Assembly (NCBI GenBank): GCA_001179505.1
Contig: CDMY01000475.1
Location: 1-64,000 of the forward strand
Length of the DNA stretch: 64,000 nt
Source of the DNA: Vitrella brassicaformis CCMP3155
Lineage: Eukaryota > Protista > Chromerida
Direction: 5' to 3'
Under the pieces are notes generated by a model. The model had not been told where the DNA came from and searched no databases. It saw only the letters and a list, made by a program, of their open reading frames with translations. Positions 13,717-24,146 of this stretch are shown here, one piece after another; positions within the stretch are counted from its first letter, which is position 1, and each line of letters starts with the position of its first letter. The position numbers were made by a program, and so were the translations under genes.

Positions 13717-14715
13717 TGTTGACTGGATGGATGGATGGATGGCAGGGCAACGCGACGCGAGCGCGTGAGTGTTTCGCGACATCCCGTCAGGTGGCCTACC
13801 GTGCTGTGGACCAGGCGCTGTGCACCCTGGCGTGGGCGCAGTTCGAGGCGGCCATGCGCAACCCACCAAAGGCACGGCAGCTGTTCGAGGAGGCACTCAC
13901 CGCGCAACGATCACTCAAAAGCATATGGGAAAGGTCATCCACCGAGAGAGAGAGGGAGAGAAGCATATGACCCACACACACATCTGTCTGTCTGTCTGAC
14001 GGCATGCCCGGTCCCTCACCCTTCCCGTGTGTTCAGTTACGCGTTGTTTGAGGAGCTGTTGGGCAACGTGGGTCGTGCCATCGAGCTTCGTCAGCGGGCC
14101 ACCTCAGCCCTCCGTCGCGACGCCGACTCGCCAGCCAACTCCCTCGCCCTGCAGTGGCTCAAGACGCGAGGAGACACCACAGTCGTCGACCCCCAGCAGG
14201 AGCCCATCGGGACTCTCCTCGACCAGGCCGGCGATTTTTTCAGGAAGCTCCTCACCCCGCCGTCCGCCAAACCGGGCGGGGCGAGCGGCACGACCGTCAA
14301 CCTCATGGCTGGCGAAATGGGCCCACAGCAGCAGCAGCACCAGCAACAGCCGTTTTACCCCGCTGTCCCGCTCTCCCCGCCTCAGCAGGTGGTGCGGCAG
14401 CGGGCGAGGCAAAGGCGTGCGAGGCGGGCGAGCCGGGAGGTGCGCATGATGGCCGAGTACGTCCGCACACGGAGCCAGCAACAGACACCAACGGCACAAG
14501 AGAAGAACACCCAAAGCTGCAGCAACGAGGTGGTGGTGGTTGACTACAGAGGGGGGTTGGGGTCGGGGTCGGGGGTGGAGAGGAGACCCCAGCGGCAGCA
14601 GACGGGTGGCCGTGTGAGTGCGAATGGTGCGGTGTTGGTGCGTGAGGGGGCGGGGGCGCCTTCGTCGAAGAAGACAGAGACACACAGGCAGGAGGAGGTG
14701 GCAGATGGGGCCTAG
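11480..14715 (+). CDS. HAT/TPR-repeat protein resembling HCF107/Mbb1 plastid RNA-stability factors, with bipartite leader
   Basis: MSSGEWQAKPVLLLLLLTHIALIICCG signal peptide, then a transit-like GFVAP..RRRR stretch. Many HAT repeats, e.g. RAYEMLGRLERERGQPAEAVRWF, TWGSLESRHGDPVRAEQLFDRALKLDP, LWLSWGELEASLGDNDKARSLYSSAL, AWAQFEAAMRNPPKARQLFEEAL. Confidence 0.8.
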
Positions 14716-15197
14716 GGGGTGACCCAACGATCTGTGCATACACAATGTGCAGAGACGAGGGAGGCACAGCAAGGGGTGTGGTGGTTGGCTGGTTTCTCGA
14801 GTGTGTTGGGATGGACAGGACAGCAGCATAGGAGGAAGGAAGGAACCACAGGAAGGGAAGGCCCTATGTGTATGTGTGTCATATATGAACACGCACGTGT
14901 GCACCGCACATTGCGAGTGGGTCGTGGGGATCCTCGTTAAACGAAAACGTCCCTCCATCAGTCCTCATGCATCCATCCATCCATCCATTTATGACGTGAG
15001 TCCAAACCGTGGCGTGTGTGGTGTGATGGTCCAAAAGCCCCTAAAACCCCTTACCCCGGCCCGCGCGGTGCCATGGTGTTTTCCCTAGCCCCTCTCACCC
15101 TCCCTCTCTCTCCCTCTCTCTCTTGCTCTCGCGAACAGAGTACTCCCTCCCCTGCCTGTGTCTAGGTTATCAATTATGTGTGTGTGTGGTAGTTAGT

Positions 15198-18100
15198 CTA
15201 GTCGATATCCATGGGCTCTTCCCAGCTGGCTGCCGTGCTGGCGGAGAAGGGCCTCTGGGCGGTGGCACCGATCTTGCCGATGTCGAACTCGGCGAACAGC
15301 GGGTAATGGTCAGACGGATTCCTGATATATGGATGGGTGGATGGATGGACAGGCACCACACAGCCACACACACATAGAGCAGCACATGGATGAGTGCGGC
15401 TGTGCATGACCCTGCCTGCCTGCCTGCCTGCCTGCCCCACTCACTCCTGATTGTGATGGTCTTTGCCGAAGTTGGCGTGGATGTATGGGAGACCCTTCTT
15501 GGCGGCCTCGTCGTTGAGGATCTCGAACCGCGTCACGGCGTGGTACAGGTTCCGCGACACCAGCATGTGGTCCAGCTGAGATCTTCTCTGAACATACACA
15601 CACACACACACACAGTCACATCCACGTGTGCGGGTGTTTAGTGTTGTGCCTTTGTCTGCTGTCTGTCTTTCCCTCCTTCATGGAAGCAGACATAAATACC
15701 TGGCGCCAAATGTATGTGTATCGCTCCTGCTGGGGGATCTTCGGAGTGAGAGACCACATCTGCTTGTTGGTGCCCTTACGCTTCCTGCACAGACACACAC
15801 CCACACACACAAAGGCGGCCAGGCAGGCAGGTTAATGGAGGGATGGATGGAGACACGTACGTATTGCATTGAATGGCGCGTCTCTCTCTCTCTGTGTTGC
15901 GCTGCACGCATTAACACGGACGTACGCACCCGTTGGCCCCATAGCGAATGATCTGGAACACCCAGCTGGCGGCCCAGTCCTTCTGCAGGTCTTCCCTTTT
16001 TGTTGACAAAGGCAGACACAACACACCAGAGCCTCCCGACCTCATTCCTCCCTCCCTCCCTCCCTCCCTCCCTCGCTCCCTTACGATATTTCGAGTTCGC
16101 CGGATCGCTCGTCGAGTTCAAAGTAGTCTTCCGGGTTGTATCCGACCTTTACGGTTGGGCTGGTGGCGTTGAAGCCGCTGGTGGGGATCTGCAGCGGGTG
16201 GGCCGTGCCCTTGGGGTCGTGAATGTGGCGGGCATCGCGCGTCTCCTCCGCCTGGTCGTCGAAATCGTTGAAGTCACCCTGCATGAGCGAATAGAGGACA
16301 ACACGGCATTCGTGTGTGTCCGTACGGATGTCTTTGTGTGTGTAGTGCGTGTGTGTGTGTGTGTGAGTGGTGGCCTCACCACCAGGATGATCTCGTGATG
16401 GTCTGGTATCTCCTTCCTGTGGCCATGGCCGGGAGGAAGCCGTGAGACATCAACAGAATTAAAGCAGACCGGCACATCAATGGAGATGTGTGCGGTGCGT
16501 TGTATGTGTGTGCAGGTCTGTGTGTGGACGTCCCGTCACACGCACTCGATGATTTCGTCGAGTATGCGGGCCTCCACCTCTCGATACATGCAGGAGTTGG
16601 AGTCTGCAGAACACACACGAGAAAACCTCTCTCCCTCCCTCCCTCCCTCTGTGTGTGTGTGTGTGTTTGTGTGTGTGGTTACGCGATGGGATGGACTTGA
16701 GGTGGATGTTGATGACCGAGATCATCTGGCCGTTGACGTTGATGTCCATCCGGGCGTATTTGTTGAGGGCGATCCCCTCGGGTATCTTGCTGTAGTCGTA
16801 GTCCTTCCCACGCTCCACGCCCTTGTACTTCTGACACATCGGGTTCTGTGTGACGGGGAATCCGCCCGGCTTTATCCCGTCAAGCCTGCAGACACACACA
16901 CATCCACACAGACATGTGACGTGGATGTGCTGTGGTGGGATGAGCTGGGGGGCGTGTGTGTGTGGTGGTGGGGAGGGTGTGTTGTTACTTGGTGACGAGG
17001 TCTTTGGTAGGTCTGATGCGCGATGCGAAGCCGACCTGCTGGTTGCTGCGGAAGTCGCCACCCTGCGTAGCGAGCGGCAAGAGAGATTAGATGTGCGCTG
17101 TGGTACTTCGTGTACCTGGATATGGAACGGATCGAAGCCAATTTGGTCCAAACCAGAGTAGGCCAGCACATCCGACAGACTGCGACACCCATCCAGCTGC
17201 AGAAACACAGACAGACAGACAGACAGACAGATGGATAGAGAGAGAGAGAGTGCACCTCTCCGTTCCATCCGTTTCTCCCTCGCCATGGACGGCTTACCTC
17301 CGAGAAAGTGACCAGGTCGAACCCGAGTTGGGTGTAGAAGTAGTTGAGCCATCGACTCACGTCGTTGATGCGCTTCCACTGGCGCATGCAGCCGTCGTGC
17401 GCATCACCTTCTACGAACTCGAGGCTAGCGGCGCTCTTGCACGACGGCATGAATTTGGTCTCCGGGCGCTCCCCGTTGGCCACTCCGCCGAGAGCCTCGG
17501 ACAAGGGTCGCGTGACGCACTCGGTGACGTCCGGCGACCAGTCCTCGGGGCACTGCATCACCCTCGCGAGTTGTTGCTCGGGCAACGTCTGCCACTTAGC
17601 GCGGCGGGACAGCGGAGAAAACAGCCACTCGACATTCTGAAACGCACTCGCAAGGAAGCAGACAGGCACCAAATACCTACCAACCAGTCGGCTCAGATCC
17701 ATCCATCCATCCATCCATGCAAACCGCCCCAATCCACCCACTCACCCAGTGGAAGAGCCGAAGGATGTTATCCGTCTTGCCGCCGGACCTGCCGCGCTTC
17801 TTGTTGGCGAGTGGGCAGTCCTCTTTGGGCGGCCGCGGGGTCGCGCCCACGACGGGCTGATTTTCGTCATAGCTGTGCTCCGCGATGTGCCGGACAGCGT
17901 CCATGCCCGTGTCGATGAGGCTGCTGGCACCGTCGTCCATGAGCACCTCGGCCGTCTGCAGCGGCCTCTCTAACAGATCTACCGGCAGACCTGCACACAC
18001 CACATCAAGAAGGGAAGGATGCATCAGCCAAGCCCACCTCAGCCCACCATGGCTATCCATGCCATCGTGTCGGCCAACACAGATACGGAGGGGCGGCCCA

Positions 18101-18279
18101 CACCTGCATCCAGCCATCCATCCATGCGATACATCTCTATGTGTCCTTCATCTCCATCCATCTGCCATTTCATTTCCCTCACCCCAGTCGTTGGTTTCGC
18201 AGTCGGCACCGCGGCACTCCTCGGCAACGGTGGCCAGAAGAGAGGGCAGGGCCAGCAAAACCAACAAAAACGCTATCAT
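15198..18279 (-). CDS. secreted endonuclease/exonuclease/phosphatase (EEP, DNase I-like) family protein, copy A
   Basis: Signal peptide MIAFLLVLLALPSLLATVA. Spliced motifs RLFHW|NVEWLF, FDLVTFSE, VINIHLKS, GDFND, LDHMLVS and SDHYPLFAEF form the canonical EEP catalytic set. Confidence 0.85.
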
Positions 18280-19264
18280 TCTTGTTGATGATGATATCTC
18301 GATCTTCGTGTTTGGCTAGGTTGCTGTGAGGGTCGAGACTCTGGCCAGTATTTCGTCCACTTCTTGTTCAGCAGTGATCCGATGTGCACGCAGCGGCAGT
18401 ACGTCGCAGGCCAGGCGCTTTTCCCCACTCGCCAACACGCAAAAACGTACATGTACGCAAGTGTATGGGGAGAAACATATATGGTGCATGGGTGTATGAA
18501 TGCGCATGTACGGTATGGCCAATACATATGTCGGTTTGACAGGCTGTCAAGCCGCCATTGGGGTGGGCCACCCATTGCCTCACTCAAAGGTCGGCTGGAC
18601 GGACCATACATAGTGTAAGGACCCACTACCCACCCTCATCTCGTGGCCAGCCGGGCCGGGATCACGGCCGTCTCCCAAGCGAAGCAACACAGGAGGTTAT
18701 CTGCAGTGATGCAGTGATTCACTGAATGAATGAATGAATGAATGAATGAATGAACGAATGACAATGACCCATCATTGATTGACTCATTGCTTGACTGACA
18801 AGCACACACTCGTGTGACTCGACTGGCGCCGCGTCACTGCATAATGGCAAGGTGATCCGTTCGTTTCTTGCGGCCGGCCGATCAAATCACATTGCAAACT
18901 GACTATCGTGACACTCACGTGAGATCACAAAACAGCAGCAGTGCCACCATACGAGCGCAATGAGAACGAATTGTATGTGTGTCATATATGAACACACACG
19001 TTTGTACCGAACATTGCGAGTGTGTCGTGGGGATCCTTGTTAAACGAAAACGTCCCTCCATCAGTCCTCATGCGTCCATCCATCCATCCATCCATCCATC
19101 CAATGGCACGGCATGTGTGGTGTGATGGTTTAAAAGCCCCTAGGGCCCCTTACCCCGGCCCGCGCGGTGCCATGGTGTCTTGCCTAGCCCCTCTCACTCT
19201 CTCTCTCTCTCTCACTCTCTCGCGAACAAAGTACTCCCTCCCCTGCCTGTGTCTAGGTTGTCAA

Positions 19265-20750
19265 TTATGTGTGTGTGCGGTTGTATTTCAATTCCTCTTT
19301 ATCAAAATATTCCCCTGCTATTCTCTCTCTGTAATAAAACAGATGTTCCTCATATTTTGCGGGCCTCTGGGCGGTGGCACCGATCTTGCCGATGTCGAAC
19401 TCGGCGAACAGCGGGTAATGGTCAGACGGATTCCTGATATATGGATGGGTGGATGGATGGACAGGCACCACACAGCCACACACACATAGAGCAGCACATG
19501 GATGAGTGCGGCTGTGCATGACCCTGCCTGCCTGCCTGCCCCACTCACTCCTGATTGTGATGGTCTTTGCCGAAGTTGGCGTGGATGTATGGGAGACCCT
19601 TCTTGGCGGCCTCGTCGTTGAGGATCTCGAACCGCGTCACGGCGTGGTACAGGTTCCGCGACACCAGCATGTGGTCCAGCTGGGAACCTCTCTGAACACG
19701 CACACACACACGCACACCAAGGTCACATCCACGTGTGCGGGTGTTTACTGTTGTGCCTTTGTCTGTCTGCTGTCTGTCTTTCCCTCCTTCATGGAAGCAG
19801 ACATAAATACCTCGCGGAAAATGTATGAGTATCGCTGCTCCTGGGGGATCTTCGGAGTGAGGGACCACATCTCCTTGTTGGTGCCCTTACGCTTCCTGTA
19901 CACACACACACACACACACACACACAAAGGCGGCCGGGCAGGCAGGTCAATGGAGGGATGGATGGAGACATGTACGCATTGCATTGAATGCGTACCTCTC
20001 TCTCTGGGTCTCTCTCTCTGTGTTGTGTCTCTCTCTCTGTGTTGCGTGCATTAACACGGACGTACGTACCCGCTGGCCCCATAGCGAATGATCTGGAACA
20101 CCCAGCTGACGGCCCAGTCCTTCTGCAGGTCTTTCCTGTCTGTTGACAAAGGCAGACACAACACACCAGAGCCTCCCGACCTTATCCCTCCCTCCCTCCC
20201 TTACGATATTTCGCCCTCTTCAAAGTAGTCTTCCGGGTTGTATCCGAGCTTCACGGTTGGGCTGGTGGCGTTGAAGCCGGTGAAGGGGATCTGCAGGGGA
20301 TGGGCCGTGCCCTTGGGGTCGTCAATGTGGCGGACATCGCGCGTCTCCTCGGCCTGGTCGTCGAAATCGTTGAAGTCCCCCTGCATGAGCGAATGAAGGA
20401 CAACAACCACGGCATTCGCGTATGTCCGTACGGATGTCTTTGTGTGTGTAGTGCGTGTGTGTGTGGGTGAGTGGCGGTCTCACCACCAGGATGATCTCGT
20501 GATGGTCTGGTATCTCCTTCCTGTGGCCATGGCCGGGAGGAAGCCGTGAGACATCAACAGAATTAAAGCAGACCGGCACATCAATGGAGATAGATGAGTG
20601 CGGTGCGTTGGTTGTATGTGTGTGCAGGTCTGTGTGTGCACGTCCCGTCACACGCACTCGATGATTTCGTCGAGAATACGGGCCTCGACCTCTCGATACA
20701 TGCAGGAGTTAGCGTCTGCAGAACACACACGAGAAAACCTCTCTCCCTCC

Positions 20751-20787
<37 letters not shown>

Positions 20788-22400
20788 GTTACGCGATGGG
20801 ATGGACTTGAGGTGGATGTTGATGACCGAGATCATCTGGCCGTTGACGTTGATGTCCATCCGGGCGTATTTGTTGAGAGCGATCCCCTCGGGTATCTTGC
20901 TGTAGTCGTAGTCCTTCCCACGCTCCACGCCCTTGTACTTCTGACACATCGGGTTCTGTGTGACGGGGAATCCGCCCGGCTTTATCCCGTCAAGCCTGCA
21001 GACACACACACACATCCACACAGACATGTGACGTGGATGTGCTGTGGTGGGATGAGCTGGGGGGCGTGTGTGTGTGGTGGTGGGAGGGTGTGTTGTTACT
21101 TGGTGACGAGGTCTTTGGTAGGTCTGATGCGCGATGCGAAGCCGACCTGCTGGTTGCTACGGAAGTCGCCACCCTGCGTAGCGAGCGGCAAGAGATACTA
21201 GATGTGCCTGTGGTACTTCGTGTACCTGGATATGGAACGGATCGAAGCCAACTTGGTCCAAACCAGAGTAGGCCAGCACATCCGACAGACTGCGACACCC
21301 ATCCAGCTGCAGAAACACAGACAGACAGACAGACAGACACACAGATGGAGAGAGAGAGAGAGAGAGAGAGTGCACCTCTCCGTTCCATCCGTTTCTCCCT
21401 CCCCATGGACTAGCGAATGGGCTTACCTCCGAGAAAGTGACCAGGTCGAACTCGAGTTGGGTGTAGAAGTAGTTGAGCCATCGACTCACGTCGTTGATGC
21501 GCTTCCACTGGCGCATGCAGCCGTCGTGCGCATCACCTTCTACGTATTCGAGGCTAGCGGCGCTCTTGCACACTGTCATGTGTTTGGTCGCCGGGCGCTC
21601 CCCGTTGGCCACTCCGCCGAGAGCCTCGAACAAGGGTCGCGTGACGCACTCGGTGGCGTCCGGCGACCAGTCCTCGGGGCACTGCATCACCTTCGCGAGT
21701 TGTTGCTCGGGCAACGTCTGCCACTCGGCTCTCCGGGACAGCGGGGAAAACAGCCACTCGACATTCTGAAACGCACTCGCAAGGAAGCAGACAGGCACCA
21801 AATACCTACCAACCAGTCGGCTCAGATCCATCCATCCATGCAAACCGCACCCATTCACCCACTCACCCAGTGGAAGAGCCGAAGGATGTTATCCGTCTTG
21901 CCGCCGGACCTGCCGCGCTTCTTGTTGGCGTGTGGGCAGTCCTCTTTGGGCGGCCGCGGGGTCGCGCGCCCACGACGGGCTGATTTTCGTCATAGCTGTG
22001 CTCCGCGATGTGGATGAGGCTGCTGGCACCGTCGTCCACGAGCACCTCGGCCGTCTGCAGCGGCCTCTCTAACAGATCCACCGGCAGACCTGCACACACC
22101 ACACCACAACGACTGCACAGAAACCGACCCAAGAAGGGAAGGATGCATCAGCCGAGCCAAGCCCACCATGGCTGTCCATGCCATCGTGTCGGCCAACAGC
22201 AGATACGGAGGAGCGGCCAACACCTGCAGCCATCCATCCATCCATCCGATACATCTCTATGTGTCCTTCATCTCCATCCATTTGCCATTTCATTTCACCT
22301 CACCCCAGTCGATGGTTTCGCAGTCGGCACCGCGGCACTCCTCGGCAACGGTGGCCAGAAGAGAGGGCAGGGCCAGCAAAACCAACAAAAACGCTATCAT
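19265..22400 (-). pseudogene. EEP family protein, copy B; probable pseudogene because of an exon-2 frameshift
   Basis: Same exons and motifs as copy A, but a 2-bp insertion (gtcgcgcgcccac vs gtcgcgcccac, ~21963-21968) plus an in-frame 24-bp deletion shifts the frame upstream of WNVEW. Confidence 0.7.
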
Positions 22401-22920
22401 TCTTGTTGATGACGATATCTCGATCTTCGTATTTGGCTAGGTTGCTGTGAGGGTCGAGACTCTGGCCAGTATTTCGTCCATCCGCAGTGATCCGATGTGC
22501 ACGCAGCGCCAGTACGTCGCAGGCCAGGCGCTTTTCCCCACCCGCCAACACGCAGAAACGTACGCAAGGCACTGACCCACACGACGGCCAGCCAAGCCAA
22601 GCCAAGCCAAGCCAACACACCCGACAATTCATTCCTCATTACTACCCGGCCAAGACACCACTAGCTAAAACCCTCTCACGCACAGTACAAACAGGCAGAC
22701 AGGCACGCACTGCACCTCCCTCGCCCCTCCCTCCCACCCGCCCGCCCGCCCTCCCTCACTTGTGTCTATCGTACACACATGTATGTATGACATACACACA
22801 CCATCACATCCACCAAAAAGACATACACTCACTCCACTCACTGCCGCACTGCCGACGCATCGCATCGCACCGCACTGCACCGCACCGCACCACACGACAG
22901 CACTCCACACTACCCCAGGG

Positions 22921-23450
22921 CTACCATTTTCTCCTCAGCACTCTCAAGGAGCTCATGCCGCTGTAGATGAGGAACCCCTTGCCGATCCCGCCGCTGGCCG
23001 GGCTCTTCTTGGGCGTCATGAAGGACGGCAGGTACTGGTACATGCGCACCTTGGTCGCCCGCATCCCATGCGTCGCCGTCAGATAAGACGCCTCGCGGTA
23101 CCTCGTCAGCCTATTCATCGACGAAGAACCCTCGCCGCTGGTATAGTGGATGGCACGGCTCAGCCGTGCCCGCACTCGCCCCAGTGTCGGCCCAGGGAGA
23201 TGGATGACACTGCTGTTGTCTGCTGTCGGCGTTTCTGGCGCAGCGGTATCACTATCAGCAGCATCCGATGCGGTGTCGGTGCTGGTGTTGGTGGGTGCTG
23301 ATGCCGTATCCTTCTTCTCGCCTGTCTTGCCCGATACATCAACCACAACTGTCTTGCTGCCAGCCGGTGCAGACGAATCCTTGTGCTGGTCGCCGGCACG
23401 TGGCTCGTCAGCCTTGCGTGGGCTGCGGGTCTCCTGTTTGCTGCTTCTGC

Positions 23451-23484
<34 letters not shown>

Positions 23485-23574
23485 TCCATCGTATGAGTAT
23501 GTCCAGCTGAAGTACCATACGGCGAAGGAGCCCGCTGCACCGACCGCAACGCCGCGGATGAAGGGTCCCCACAT
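22921..23574 (-). CDS. hypothetical protein with N-terminal hydrophobic anchor and Ser/Thr/Asp-rich linker
   Basis: Clean 217-aa ORF; N-term FIRGVAVGAAGSFAVWYFSW; poly-Ser; head-to-head with the helicase gene. Confidence 0.55.
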
Positions 23575-24146
23575 GACTTGACTGAAAGTAGGGGATGGGA
23601 AGGAGTGACTCGTTCAGCTCAGACAGCGCCTCATGGCTGCGGTGTGTGAGTCAGCAATGGGAGATGAATGATTCCTGAACGGAAGATCACAACAGAGCAA
23701 ACTCATGTCACGTGAGCCCTCGCGCTCACCCCTTCTTCTTGCGTCATTCACTGTGGTGCTTACATTCTTCTTGCGTCATCACCATCATCTCCCGGCGCCA
23801 AAGCCTTCTTTCTTCATGCGAGCTTAGCTCGCAATCTTGGGTTTTGCCCCTTTGGCGTGGTTGAAGAGATACAGAGGGCTTGTCGTGGCAACCATAGTAT
23901 CATTGTTCGTCATTTGATAGCCCGGCTGCCTCCAGCCCGCCTCAAGCAGCACAGATCTCTGCCTCTGCTGACCGACGTGACGCGCGGAGGATGCCTTGGC
24001 CTTGCCGTGTGTTATTATTGGAGCTCACCAGCTGAGCCACCTTGTGCGGGAGGCAGATCGAGTGGCGAACAGCAGATCTTGGACAGCCGAGCCTCACTCC
24101 GAGCCCTCCGTCTTTCTCCTCAGTGTCATACGAGGTGTATTGCAAA

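Larger units (their letters stand above)
14866..22563. repeat. tandem segmental duplication: unit A ~14866-18450, unit B ~18973-22563
   Basis: Colinear near-identical exons and introns; both units begin GTATGTGTGTCATATATGAACAC and end near CAACACGCA(A/G)AAACGTAC. Confidence 0.95.

Noticed and set aside
17063-17115. Apparent frameshift between EEP copies near RTSNLSC / GTSSISC (copy B ~21175-21228)
   Set aside because: The indels fall in a 53-nt GT-AG intron; splicing restores HIQ|GGDFRSNQQVGFASR in both copies.
23060-23340. Resemblance of VRMYQYLPSFMTPKKSP to the GST-N domain of metaxin/FAX proteins (ORF 22921-23574)
   Set aside because: Only a loose motif match, and no following GST-C exons could be found before the EEP copy B promoter.
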